Assembly: GCA_047967505.1 (NCBI GenBank)
Contig: CM106538.1
Source: Dipteris shenzhenensis
Lineage: Eukaryota
Reading direction: 5' to 3' (one strand)
DNA: 64,000 nucleotides
Position numbers and translations under genes: made by a program. Numbering within the stretch: the stretch's first letter is position 1; each line of letters begins with the position of its first letter. Positions 12,816 to 26,601 of the stretch are shown here, one piece after another. The notes beneath the pieces were generated by a model, which was not told the origin of the DNA, did no database searches, and was given only the letters and a program-made list of their open reading frames with translations.

Positions 12816-13576
12816 TAGCGAGCGAGAGAAGAAGAAGTAAGAAGAAGGAAAAAGTTTAAGTGCACAATACTCGATGCGATTACTCATTTGCATGCTTATA
12901 TAAGGAAAGCTACCTCACAAAAAAGACATTAGAATCACTTTTGAAACCTATACGTTTCTTTTATAACTTTAAATGTCACCATCTTTGGATCATCCTTGTT
13001 AGCGTTGCCATCTCCAAATCCTCCTCCATGGTGGCTTTCAACCTTGAGAATATAGGCCCATAGTGACATGGATAGCTAACAAGGCAACATGTTGGGACTC
13101 CTATACATGTAGCCTCTCCATGAACACCTATTCACTATTAATGGGGAGGGCACCCCATCTACAAAGCAGAAGCTTATACAAGTGTCACCTTTTGATCTTA
13201 ATTTCAAATTATATGATGGGCCAATCATATATGTTTTAGGTGTTACCTATGTTGTCATTAAGATTTTAAAAAATTCTTCAAATAATTTTATAGTCTTGAA
13301 AGGAAATTAGAGTTGTGGTGGATCGGAATAAAGGACATGCCCTTTGCTCTTGTTTGCTTTGATGTAATGTGTGTGGGGGACCAAGCTTCCCCTTTCTTTT
13401 GGCTTTGATAAGAAAACAATCTTTCACTTTTAAAACAAGTGGAACGAAGTTCAAGTGGGCCACCTTGGAGAACCAAAATGAAAAAGAAGATGAACTGCCG
13501 ACCATGCTGATGATGCCTGTTTGCATTTGCAAGGATTGAAGGCAGAACAAAATTATAACAAGGAAAAGAGGGCGGG

Positions 13577-13619
<43 letters not shown>

Positions 13620-15544
13620 ATGACTCACCAGAATGAAAAAAAAATGATACTAACTAAAAATGACAACAAATTATCCAAAATTCATAAAAATACACAAATC
13701 CCAATTTTTATTTCTATTGAAAAGCCTTTACTAAGACCTGCACGTACGGTAGGCCAAAAATCACTTTCATGGGATGCATCACATGGAAGATTGGCCTCCC
13801 ATGAAAGTTATGTGCTTTTAACACACATTGTGCTACACATCCAAATGCTATATTTGGCCAGTCTCTTCCATTTTTTGCATAGCCATTTCAATGATCTCAA
13901 AAATTTGACTATACTAAAAATAATGTCACATATTATCTACATTCAAGATGGAATTAATGTTATACTCCAAAGGTTGACTAATTGCTTCATTATTATTTCC
14001 TCCATAGTCCAAGGTCCTTACATGTTTCTTATTTCCAAAATGGAAGACATACAAAGTGGTTACTTGGCTATATGATAATGAGGATTCATGCATAAATGAT
14101 GGCCAATATAAAAGCCAAAATGCAAATGTAAAGTGGATTCAAGAACTTGAGACAAAAAAGTGGTGGGGGGGTCCCATTTAACAAGAATATGTGTGATTTT
14201 AAAGAGAACATTAAAGGAAAATTTGATTGAACATTTGAATGATGCCAAAGTTAAATCTAAAGTTGAAAGGAATGAGATATGAAGAGGACATGAGCTAAAG
14301 AAAAACTAGAACTAGTTTACATTAGGAAACTTTGAAAGAAGGGACATGACACATTATCATTGTGCTCCTCATTTACCTCCTACAATCTTAGACTACTTTC
14401 ACTTTAAATAAAGCAAATCCATAATTTTCTTATAAGAATAGGATATAAGGGACTTCAAAAATTTCTTACTTTTTACTATCCTATTTAATTTACAACTCAC
14501 ATTATAAGCTATCTTCCAATTCTAGCACAAAAACTTTTATGGAATTATCTTATTGCATATGTTATGCTTCCATGGAATCAATTTATTGTATCTTATGCAC
14601 TATAATTCCTTTAAAAAAAATCATTTAAAAAAGTCATTAATTTAGAAAGTCAAGCCAACAACTTTGACATTAACAACCTTATTAACACAAGTTTTTGGAT
14701 GCAATGATTTTATTGTACGTGATTTATCCCATGGAATCAAGTAGTTGCATCTTATAGACCCTTCTTCTTGAATCTAGAACTCTATAACAAGAATCTTATA
14801 GTATCATTGTTTAGAATTTGTCCTCTAGAAGATAAACTTTTAATGGGTTTACATTGAGTATTTTTCATAGGGTTTTATAAAACTTTTAATATCTTATGAT
14901 AGTAAGAAAAAACATATATGATTATGATGTCAACAAAACAGTTATCCAAAGAGTGTAGTGTCCCAATTCGTAGCCTGAAAATTCAATTAGATTCAAAAAA
15001 ATCATTCAATTCGTAGCCTAAAAATTCAATTAGATTCAAACACTTATCCAAAGAGTGTCGTGTCCAACTTGTAGCCTGAAAATTCAATTATATTCAAAGA
15101 AATCATTATGTTTGTAAGTTGAGAGTTATAACCTCATTTCATAAATTAGAAGTTTTTCATGAGAGCTCACAATTAAAATTGAATTTTAGACCTATGCCCT
15201 TCCCTAAGTGCTTTAAGGAACTTTATTAACATATTTGATTAACATTTTTTATTTTTAAAATTAATTAAGATATAAAAATAATCTTTGTTAAATATAATTT
15301 CAAACAAAAAATGGCTAGCACAACTTGAAGAATATAAAGGATGGCAAATCCTTGAAATTGACATTTGAGATCACCAAAGTTGGAGTGCACCTGATGGGGA
15401 AAACAATCTTTCACCAATATGGGAAGGAGATGAGGAAGCTATAGATGAAGCCACCCATGCAACATCAGCAGTGCAACCATAGAAGATCCTCAAGGAGGAT
15501 GCAAAGGCCACTTGAGCTGGCACAAGACCTACTAGAGGAGTAAA

Positions 15545-15646
15545 AAACGAAGGCCATTCAGGCACAACCACAAGCTAAGCCTACTGATGAGAACCAAACA
15601 TGATAAGTAGCCTCAGCTTGTGGTTGTGCCTGAATGGCCTTCGTTT
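15545..15646. repeat. Perfect 32-bp inverted repeat (fold-back, ~100 nt)
   Basis: AAACGAAGGCCATTCAGGCACAACCACAAGCT (15545-15576) is the exact reverse complement of 15615-15646. A further ~9 bp pair imperfectly inside. Confidence 0.9.
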
Positions 15647-18309
15647 GTATATGCCCAAGAAGAAAAGGGAGAGAAGAGAGTTTGTAGAGAGGTAGGTCAA
15701 GCACCTACATTAGCAGCTTGAAGACACTAGGATAGATGAGAACCAAGTGGAGGTTGATATAGCAACAATAACTTAAAGCTCATAAAGTATAAAAGGAATC
15801 CGTTTACCAATGTCTCTGCAACATGGAGCATGCAGAGAGCATGCATTGAACATTGAGAAAGATGATCTTATAGCTCAACTGAGAACAAACAATGCACACA
15901 ATATGGCATCAATGCAGGGACTACAAGAGAGCCTTAAAGCCAAGAAGGATGCAACTCAGTAAGAGATTAGGAAGGATGTAGATCAGGCATAGAGCAGCCA
16001 AGGTGGAGCTCACAATGGGAACGACAATGTGCAATACTTGAAAGAGAAGGATCAATATTGGGAAAATGATGGTTTTAAACCTACTAGATGGCATGCAAAG
16101 AACATAAATTTAACTATTAAGAAATGTAATTGTTTTAACCGTTGGAGCTAGAAAAGAAATAATGAACATTAATTAAACTATTAAAAAGCACAATAAATAT
16201 GAATTAGATGGTTGTTTATTTCAGGTAGACCATACTGATGCCACTAGACATATATTGCATGTCGAATGGCTCTTGCCCCTAAAGGGGATCCCTCAAGGGC
16301 CATATTGACTTTGTCCCTATGCAAAACATAGTAGTGACAGCACATCATGGTTGAGTCCACCAACTAGATCCATGCCAAATATTTTTTAATGCCCTTTAAT
16401 TAAGGGCAATCTTAAAAAGACATTGTGGGAAATCCTAAATCTTAATCGGGATTGTATCCATATAAATATTGTGAATTTTTCAATTAAGACTAGTAAGTAT
16501 TCAAAAGACTAAAATTCATAACAAGTTTGTATACATTAACAAGCTTATAGTACAAAAGGTGTTTTGTCGATACAAGAATGTAGTGTTCACAAGACCAAGA
16601 TTCATAGCAAGTTTGTATGTATTAGCAAGATTATATTAGAAAATGGTTTTCTATATTAGATACAAGAATTCTCAGATGAGCAAGTGCTTGAGTTGCTCAA
16701 CTTCATAAAAATTCTCCACTCTCAGTTGGTGAGCTACTCAAATTGACCTTCATGAATATCAATCCATTGCTTGACGTTGCAAAAACTCCTGCAACATTTA
16801 TTTATGTGGTATGATCCACCTATGAATGTGGACCATATAGTATCCACAAACAAACAAAACTCAACTACCAACCTCACGTGGATTGAATCTCGTAGATTAC
16901 CAATCCAATTAAGGTCCTATAGTATATCACCCACTCTATGGTCATGGGAGAGAATTGCCACCACTTTGGAGACAGCTGAGAACAAGAATAGAATAAGCTA
17001 GAGCTAGAGATGTGGGACATAGCACTTGGTGGATCTAGAGGGTAGAGACGAGGGTGGAGTAGGAGGTGCATCAGGAGGGTTGAGTAGGAGGGAGCAATGT
17101 GAAGTCGACGAGGGTTGTGGAGATAGGGGTAGAGCAGTGTGAAGTCGATGAGGGTGGAGCATTGTGAAGTCGATAAGGGTGGTAGAGGCGATGGGGGTGG
17201 AGTAGTGTGAAGATGATGAGGCTACACGATGCTTAAATAGCCAGAGGTTGTTGCCTAGCCACCTCAATGAGCAATTGGCTATAATTTTGATTAAATTGCT
17301 AGTCGACAAGCAATTGGATGCATTATAATTTTGAAGGGGTACTACAAGAATTTTTTTCCAACATGGCATTTTTTGTTGGGGGAAGAACTCCCTTTGTGCA
17401 AACTTCACGAGATGAGTAGCGATAGATCAGATGGTCATCTCATCATGCAAGCTAGGTGTCTATAAGAGCCTGATGGCTACAAGAGCTGCCACTTAATCCT
17501 AACCACATCATTATTTCACCTAGATACTGCTCTCCACTCCTTTTTTTCAACTACCATTTATGTTACGTTAGAGCTAGCACGATGTGTATATAGGTACCTT
17601 GCTTGACCTATAACTTATACATTGCTCAATAAAATTTGAAAAACTTTATCTTTAAGTGGTAGTACAATTCCAATATTAAACATGAGACTTAAAAAATATG
17701 GAATAAATATTTGGAAAAAGACCGTTAAAGAATTACAAGTTCTATGTTGCATGTGAAGCATGCATCCTAAAGAGTATAGGATATACCAATTTATTCAAAA
17801 GCACCATTTTTTTTTTGCACATACATGCAACCAAGTAATCATTTAAAAGTACACTATGTGAGCTTCTCCTCCACCCAAGGACACACCTAATTCAAAACCT
17901 TAGGTATGGTTTAAGGGGCCTCCAATGTTGTGTTAAAATTATGCACACCATTCGAGGGAGTGCTCCATAACGTTTCCTTGATTTGTTGAAAACCAAAATG
18001 GATTGAAAATTTGGAATCTAAACTAGTGGTACTACTACATGGTGATCTTAAAACTTTGATAGATGGTGATATTGGTATCTAGCTTCACCCTAGAATGGAA
18101 GAATTTAAAAATGTGTGATTTGTGCATGTGCAAAGATCTTTTAATAAATCCAACACTATTTACAATTTTATATTGGCATAAAGTTTCTTACTATGTGGCT
18201 CATAAGCATGCCAAAGGTCATTACATTTCATGATATAGAGCATGCAACTCAATACCATGCCCTTTGGCTTATTTGTGTCTTGAAGCAATTAAGGCCACAA
18301 TGCACTTTC

Positions 18310-19700
18310 TTGGGATATCCAATTTTGCTGACATGTATCGCCGGAGGGGGGAAACACCATAGCTGAAAATTTCACTACTCTCATGGATTTTGAAATTTCA
18401 CAACTCTTGCCTACAAATCTTTAGATATTGCAACCTACACCACCTTGCAAGCTACACCATACCTTGCGCACAAGCTAGCTAGTGTTTACTCAGGTAAGTT
18501 TTCTTCTATTCTTTGCTCGCCCCTTGCTTGCCTCACAAGCTAGATGGTCTCTATTCTGGAGGGTCTATTTTAGCAATTCACTGATCATCGCCATGGCATC
18601 AATGGCAAGATGTAGCTTGTCATGGCTTGCAAGAGAAGTAGACAAAAGCTGCGAGATAGGAAAGTTGAAAGCTTGGTCAAGGCACAAGGAATAGATTGTG
18701 GGTCGAGAAAAGCAATGAGATGGTATTGAAAACACAAACAAAAGACATTTTTGTAATGTTTGTGAAGGAAGAAACAAAAAGAAGTAATAAGAGTCCTTGT
18801 AGAGAAGCAAAAGAGGAAGCGATTGTTGCAAATGCATGCATTTGATAATTGCCCTTGGGGTGAAGAACGTAAGATTCGATCAAGTAGCTACAAAGAGGGA
18901 GACAATAGCTATGTTGGTGACACAGGAGAAATGGCTTGGACACAAAATGTCAAAGATGTTGTCAATTAGAAGGACCAAATTGGCTGCAGTGATTGACATA
19001 GAGCAAAAGCAATGCATGATCATCTCTATCTGAAATAAGGAGATTTGCAGAATATGCAGACGGGATGCAAGAAGTTTGATGAGCACATGATACACATATG
19101 CTAGACACAATGTAGGATAGTGGTTCCCTAAACCAACCCAATGGTTGTTTGGAATAGTTTAATTGTTTAATTTCAAAATTGGGTAGGCTTGGACTTAATG
19201 TGATTATCCTAAATGAGCCCAGTGGTAAGAACATTGTGTGATTTGTCCTAAACCAGCCCTGTTGTTGTTTGTGATTGAGTTTTGGAAGAGTTTAATTGAT
19301 TAATTTCTACATGAGGATGGCTCAGACTTAATGTAATTGTCCTAAACTTGCCCAGTGGTTGAAACATCATGCAACCGTGGCTAGTTTAGGTCAAACACTA
19401 ATTATGTGATTATCCTAAGCTAGCATAATTGAATAAAAATCATCAGCAATATATTTTGCAACAAAACAACAAAACATTTTTATTGTCTAATTGATGACCA
19501 ATCTAGTGGTTCAAATTGTTGTGTTTCCTAGTAGTAGTTAAATTTAGTTAATTTTCCATTGGTTCAAGTCATATACCCAATTAATTTCTAAATCAAGCTC
19601 GCTTAGACTTAATTGTGATTGTTCTAAACCAGGTGGGTTGTCGAAACATCATAGAGCTAGGTCAGGTCAAACAACAGCTACATGATTGACATTGTGGTTA
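18310..19700 (+). mobile_element. Dispersed repeat (5' region of a probable DNA transposon); a homologous inverted copy lies at ~39260-40520
   Basis: Shared segments ATATCCAATTTTGCTGAC.TGTATC and TTACTC.GGTAAGT..TCTTCTATTCTTTGCTC, homologous short ORFs (MASMARCSLSWLAREVDK..GKLK vs MASMVARCS...SWLTREPDR...GKLK), and GATTGTCCTAAAC-type repeats. Confidence 0.75.
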
Positions 19701-20278
19701 AACAGAAATATAGAAATGAACAGCAATATATTGCTATTGCCTAATTGTTATAGATCACTGAGCCCTGTGTTCAAGTTAGACAATAGTTATGTGACTGTCC
19801 TAAACTAGCCCGATGGTAGAAATTGTTTTATTTTCTAGTATCTATGTTTAATTAGGTTATTCTTTTTTCACGTACAATAATATATCCCTCAATTGGTTCA
19901 GGTCAGACACCAGCGCGGTGGTTAAAATTATGACTATCCTAAACTAGCCTTGTTGTTTTGTTTTTACTAGTAGCTTGATTAGTTTAATTATTAGCCTGAT
20001 TAGTTTAATTGTTAGCTTGATTATATGTGACTGTCCTAAATTAAAATTGTTTTGTTTTACTATAACCTTGATTAAATTATAGCTTGATTACTTTGATTAT
20101 TAGCTTGGATATATGTGACTATCCTAAACTAGTCCGATGGTTGAAATTGTTTTGTTTTGTTGTAGCTTGATTAGTTTAATTAGACAACATTTTTACACGT
20201 ACTATGTTTTGTTTTGTTTTCCTCATAGCAGTGCAAAAAGGGGCCTCAATATGGTTATTCATGCATGTTTGGTGAGCA

Positions 20279-21400
20279 GATGGAGGTGCATCTCAAGTTT
20301 ATGGCTCAAAACCCTGACATTTTTATTGGACAACGGAGCTGAGCATTGTAAGCCCTGGTACCTCAGGAAACTAAAAGACATGAATGTGTGTTGGTGCAAA
20401 AACAAGCTTTAACCTGGCTCGGCAAGCTATGAATGACTTGAGATCTGATCATGCTAGAGGCCAAATTTGGCAGCCTAAGTTCTCTATGAGAGCCAGTGGT
20501 ATGTCCAAAGGGATACTCTAAGAAGCACCACATTGAATGCATTCATGATGCATGCATGCATTGTAGTTTAAAGAAGAGGCAATTTGATGTCTGTCCAAAA
20601 TGACATAAGGAAAGGCAGCTGTGTTGCTCTAAAGTTAAGGAGATTTGAGCATATAATATTGATGGATCAGAGAAAAGGAGATAAATACTATAGTATAAGA
20701 GAACTCACTTGAGGGAGCTTATAGAGCACTTGGTTCAACCCATCCCAAAATATGCGCTTCACAATTTCATGGCTAGCTGGTAAGATAAGCACTTTAGGAC
20801 ATGCCTTGCCAATTCTTCTATGATACTATTACCTCTGTCATAGATTTTGCACAAAGTTATCATTTCAAGAATAAGATGAGATACAAAGTGCTCAATCACT
20901 GGTACAACAAGTAGTTAACAACTCTAGCACATAACACATAAAGTCATTTGCTTGATTCTTCTAGATTGATGCCAATCTGCTTGCTGGCTCACAAGAGTCC
21001 AGATTAGTGCAATGCACATACCATTTCTACATTTTAGATGATAGACTTATGTGTGTAGCATGCTATTCTATTGCATTGGGAATGGCTAAAAAAATATGAT
21101 CCCCATGTAAAAGAAAACATAAAACAACATTGGGTGTGATTAGATGGTGCTAGCTCTCAATTTAAACTAGTTCATGGATTCTATTTTGTCTCAAGGTTTA
21201 AATCCTTGACCGGTCTAAACATGTTGTGGAATTTCTTTGGGTCTATCCATGGCAAGGGTGAACATGATATATGTGGTGCTTTTATTAAAATAAAGCTCTA
21301 TTTAAACACCAATTAACATGCCCTCAAGTAAAGCTCAATGATGCCCATGATGCTGTAACATGGACATTGCAACAGTGAAGAGATGCTCCAGGCCAATTCA
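20279..21400 (+). pseudogene. Degenerate DDD/E transposase, Sola2-like
   Basis: Motifs in order across frameshifts and stops: KPWYLRKLKDMNVC; HNFMASW*DKHFRTCL; DTITSVIDFAQSY (20843); HWYNK*LTTLAHIT; YHFYILDD; HWV*LDGASSQFK (21143); WNFFGSIHGKGEHD (21248). The superfamily assignment is from recalled motif patterns. Confidence 0.65.
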
Positions 21401-21529
21401 AGTTTTCCCTCTACATGAAGATGGATTGATGAATAAGGGACTAGGACAATACAAAGAAAATGTATTCTTATTGTAAGGAAAATGTATTCCACTTATCTTG
21501 GAAAATGGAAAATGTATTTACAGTCAGCT

Positions 21530-21820
21530 TGTACAACCACTACGCTTATTTTAGTTAATCCCAAACAACCACCGTGCTTGTTTTTGTAAATCCCAAATAA
21601 CCCCGTGCTCATCTTTCATAAATCCCAAACAACCACTACACTTGTTTAATAAATCTAAAACAACCCCTAGTAATCCCAAACATGGGTAAACGTAAATCCC
21701 AAATAGTATACTAATTCAAAAAATCCGCTTCCTTGTTTTAGTAAATCCCAAACAATGCTATGCTTTTTTTAAATAAATTCCAATTAGTAAATCCCAAACA
21801 ACCCCTAGTAATCCCAAATG
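21530..21820. repeat. Degenerate short tandem repeats with core AATCCCAAACAACC
   Basis: The core recurs several times with spacing of ~30-50 bp. Confidence 0.7.
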
Positions 21821-23205
21821 AGAGAAAATGTATGGCATTTATCTTTTACAACCATCGGGCTAGTGATTGCAAATCTTAATTAAATGAATTGTATGCTAGT
21901 TTCACATCACAACAATGACTCATCATCCTCATCGCTACTATTATCTTTCAACCTTTCCTCAAGTGTTTTGACTTGCAATGTAGGGCCATATCACTCACTG
22001 CAGTGGTTATTATGTACCATCCCATTGGCAATAACATGTGTGGACCATCGCATTGGTAATAGTGTGTGTGTGTGTGTGTGCACGTGCGACTGTTAGAACA
22101 ATGATTGCACTTAGGGCGATCCAGTTCACAGACTTAGATTTTCAAGATCCACATTGCAGTACCATCCTTCAAATGGACTAATGTCTATTCCAAATGGGTA
22201 GCTCTAAGAGACCATCTAATTCATAGGCTTAGACTTTGAAGATCGACATTGCAGACTTGAGATCATCTAATTTGTAGGATCATATTTTCAAGATCTACAT
22301 TGCAGCTTGAAATGTCCTTGAAAAGGAATGATGTCTATTCAAGTGGACCGCTCTAAGATTGTGGACGGTGGTCCAAGTTCATTTGGATAATCAAAGCCAC
22401 TGGTAAACACTAGCCCTACATGAGAGCAGTCATTACCATCTAAATTAATTGCCTTAGATTAGCTTTCATAAGAATGTTATTAATAATGATTGTGAAGTCA
22501 AAACCATCTAATTCTCAAGCTCAGATTAGTATTGAGCCAGAATTAGACTATAAGAATAATAGAAAATCATACTGTTATAATTTTAGAAATTTTAGTTATA
22601 ATGCCATTCAAAATGGTTACAATTTTCAATTTGCTAGCTTGCTTGCCATTGAATTATTATGATCATGGCTTTGATGACTGAGAGATTCTCACATGACAAC
22701 CATCTAATCACACATCATGGGGACTACACCAGTGGCTAGATGAGGATGTATATGACTGCCTATGCTAGGCTAGGCTACCAGGCAAGGTGGGTGTTGGCTG
22801 GAATATTTAATTGGGACCCTGCATGTGCCACTGCTCCTCCCCCCTCATCCCAGCAAGGTGTCATTTAAGGGGGGCTAGTATTAAGATTGCCTGATCATAG
22901 AAAAATCTAGCAATGGATTGTGTGGTCATAGTTGTAAAAGGCACCCAGAGTCACACAAATTGACATTTTCCTTGGTTTTAAGATTAACTGCAAGCACCAC
23001 TAAAATAGTTCCAAGAACCAGCATGGTGATTGCAAGGAAATACACTTTCCTTGGTTTAGGATTAACTGTAACCTGCACTAAAATAGAACCATCATAGTGG
23101 TTGCACAAGGATTAACTTTCAATCCCTTGTTTTAATCTATTAATTACACTCTCATTACACTATAACAACATACTATTCCAACCATCGGCTGGTTTTAAAC
23201 CTACT

Positions 23206-23310
23206 CAATGGCATGTTGACAATATAAATTAGAAAAGGGGAACCCTCAGTGCAAAGTCTATGAACAATGGCATGTTGACAATATAAATTAGAAAAGGGGA
23301 ACCCTCAATG
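23206..23310. repeat. Direct duplication, ~60 bp period
   Basis: CAATGGCATGTTGACAATATAAATTAGAAAAGGGGAACCCTCA occurs twice. Confidence 0.85.
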
Positions 23311-24089
23311 CAAAATATATGAACAATTGTGGGACTCCAATGGGGGCTCACGTGACCTAAACAATTAAGGTAAATACATTTTATTTGGTTTAGTAAGGAG
23401 TAGCTACAACCACCACTAAAATAACTCCAAGAACCACTGCAGTGGTTGTACCAAGCCAATGTTAGTTTGTGGTGGTGGTCATGAGTGACTCTAGATCAGC
23501 ACAGAAATGATGCACGTAGATGATAGGTGGTGAATTGTAGGTAGATGATAGGTGGCAAGATGTGGGTAGATCATAGGATAGATTGTGGATAGTTTGATGC
23601 ATAAAGATGAAGCACAAATACTACACAACGGAGGGTAGAACTAGTCTGCTCTGTAGTGACATGTATCAAGCTCTATGGTGTTTAGAACATCAAGTTTTGA
23701 TAGATTGTGTCTCATTATTATGCCAATAAGGTAATCATTACATTATAATTTTTATGCCAGTAAGGCCATCATTACGTCAGATTGTTTTTTGGCAAGAGCG
23801 CGAGTTGCCCAAAATCCAAAATATGGCCCACCTACATTGCATCGTGGCCCCAAAACTACCCCTAAAATAATTTTGCAATTGGCAACAGCCGATCATGCAT
23901 CAACCCTACACCTATTTATGTATTAGCCCCTATTTATGAAAGCATACAATCTCAAGTGACTGACCATTGTAGCTTGTTATGCATTGTCATGATTCCTAAC
24001 TAGCAACACTCACACTTACATATAGATCCCCAGCTAGAACTAGCAACGTGATTATTATTTCAATCATTGGCCTTAGAAAATAATATTGC

Positions 24090-24120
<31 letters not shown>

Positions 24121-24699
24121 CTAAAATTTCATAAGATGTAAATGAAAATTGACCAACTTGTGAGGAAAAACGATAGCTGAATTTCAGCATTACATGTCTG
24201 ATTATTGGCCTATGTTGCTTTAAGCATGTGCATGATGTGCTCCTCATACTTCTTAGCATCCCCTTTATAGCCTACATACACCAACAAGGTGAGAGGGCTA
24301 CTGTTCCAAGATGACAATGATATGAAGGTCTTTATTGCATTGACCAATGGAAGAGATAATTACTTTATGTCCTTGGATGCCATCATCTAGGTAGCAGATG
24401 AGGAAGGATGCGTGAGCATCTTTTCCCATCATGATGTGGAGAAGAATGACATGTACATCCATGAGGGGATAGTGTCTATCTTATATGAGGTTACATACAA
24501 TTCTGAATGTGAGACACCCATGAGTAGTAAGGTTTTTGTGGATATAGAGAGTCCCAATCTATCGTAGGTGGTTGATGTGGCTCCCTTATAGATAGAGTTG
24601 CCTCATACAAGTCCCCATACAATGGTAAAAGTACTATCATTGTCTTGTTTGATACGATTAAGCCTCACAGTTTAATCAAGCTTGTGCACAAATTTGTCA

Positions 24700-24960
24700 A
24701 GTGGATGAGGTTCGAAGCTCTTATGATGGAGATGTGATATTTGATTTTCCGTGTGCAAGGGAAGCTACTTCAGAAATGGGGGGGATGGAGCATAAGATAG
24801 ATAATTATATGTCAACAAAGTCAGCATCTATTGGATAGTCATATGTGGATGGCTACTGATAGTCATATGTGGATGAAGCCAACCACTTCAAATGTTTCCT
24901 TTCAAGGAATTTGCAACATTAGCCATTGTATGGGAACTTGGAATGCAACAATTTAATCTA
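24700..24960 (+). pseudogene. Fragment of a Cys/His-containing DNA-transposon protein (possibly the GCM-like N-terminus of a Mutator-like transposase)
   Basis: Reads SYDGDVIFDFP...MGGMEHKID / DSHMWMKPTTSNVSFQGICNISHCMG..ECNN. The family call is by recollection only. Confidence 0.35.
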
Positions 24961-24977
24961 TTCGTGGTACACAAACA

Positions 24978-26600
24978 ATGACATTTTTAATGATTGTTGT
25001 TTCTAAAGATAACCCCAATCACACAGCAAATGAATGCCCCTTCCTAAGAGCCAAGATTAATGCACAAGGCAATCCATCACCAAGGTTGTGGTGCCACATC
25101 TGCACAGTTAGTGGGCATGACAAAAACGGTTGCATCTGCAACATATGCAACAACCCGCCCCGACCTCAACAATACCAACCGGCACCCATCCCAGTGTACA
25201 AGCTATCGGCATTTGCACAAGCACCCTCAACTATGAGGCTGAATCATGTTCCCATCCGGACATATCCAAGAGCAACAAATCTAGCTCCTCCGATAATTCC
25301 AATACAAGTACTTCAAGTCGAAGAAGTGGATTCGCAATTTGAGTATGAAGCTGAGTACCTACTGTACTATGTGGAAGGAGCAAAAGGTTCAATCCACGTC
25401 TATGCAAATCAAGTTCGTTGGCCCAACACATATCGAGCGCCAATCAAGTGTTACAGTTGTGGAGAGAATCACCAAATCGCTAAATACCCTCATAATGGTA
25501 GCCCCGCTACTTTCCAACCACTCTGCAGAGATTGTGCCATTGGTCATGCCTATATGGATTGTCCCATGAAAAATAAGGTCCCGCAACAAAATGAGGCTAA
25601 GCCTGACATACCAATCGGCATTATTGGGGTGGACCATCAAAGTCTAGGGCCGGCAAGCATACTCACATGTGAATGTAATTAGACGCTAGCAAAAAGAGGC
25701 CACCAAGGCTCCTAATATTCCAATTCAATCAAGAATACCTCTTCAAAAGAAAGCACAAGTGCCTATACCTCCATGCAATGAGTAGCCAAGCTCATCCACA
25801 TCAGCTCCTAATCCTCAAATAAAAGAAGCTCCATACCCTAATGCAGAAGTGGAGAAGGCTCAATTTCAAGCACTTCAACAATGGGTGGAAAAAGAGCAAG
25901 GTCAATTTGAGGCTGAGAAGCAAGCACAAGGTCCAATCCCTAACTTGGCCCCACCAAGTATCGACACTGTCCTCGAGCCTTTGTTCCAGCAATAAGATCC
26001 ACAACATAATGTACCACCATGCCAACTTGAAGGTGTCGCAGTCTCTAGCATTCTAAGTTGCCATGTGTTGATTCCCATTGGAATCATCTTACAAAATTGT
26101 CCCAATCTCTGGGAGAGTTTCAAAGTATGGATTGAACTAGCAAATCCCCCTCCCCCTATGGAAGACATCAAAGATATCCTTGTGCGGATGGGTGAGAGAG
26201 ATGACATATGCAACATCACCGTGCCTTTGATCCATAAAGCATATGATGAAGTCCAAGCCATATTGGATAGTGGAGCAAGTGTGAATGTCCTATCCAAGGA
26301 CCTCTATGATGAATGGGGTCTCCCACCAATGCAAAAGGCTAATTTCAACATATGCCTTGCAGATGATTCACATGCAAAGCCCTTGGGAATAGCGAATGGA
26401 GGGTCCACAAAAGTAGCAGCAGTCCGCTTTACTCTTCAATTCACAATCTTGGATCTCCCCAAGAAATGTTATCAAATCTTGCATGGACGTCCTTGGTTGC
26501 GTGAAGCATCAATTTCATTGGGACCTTGAAACAAAGGCTGAAAATGCTCAATTTAAAGACCAAGTCTATGACAATGATTTAGGTATTCTCCATGCCCTAA
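24978..26600 (+). mobile_element. Ty3/gypsy gag C-terminus (multiple zinc knuckles) + aspartic protease, degenerate, cut at 26601 by the copia LTR
   Basis: CHICTVSGHDKNGC, CYSCGENHQIAKYP, CRDCAIGHAYMDCP. Protease QAILDSGASVNVLS...LADDSHAKPLG...ILHGRPWL (ORF 26065..26529). Confidence 0.85.
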
Positions 26601-26601
26601 T

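Noticed and set aside
13521-14075. 184-aa ORF
   Set aside because: Non-ATG start, spans an (AG)n microsatellite, no recognisable motifs.
19200-20140. Recurrent GTGACTATCCTAAACTAGCC-like motifs resembling a repeat-spacer array
   Set aside because: Irregular spacing, degenerate units and related spacers in a eukaryotic TE context; no cas genes; not CRISPR.
21530-21820. AATCCCAAAC repeats as telomere-like or CRISPR-like array
   Set aside because: They do not match TTTAGGG arrays and lack constant repeat/spacer lengths.
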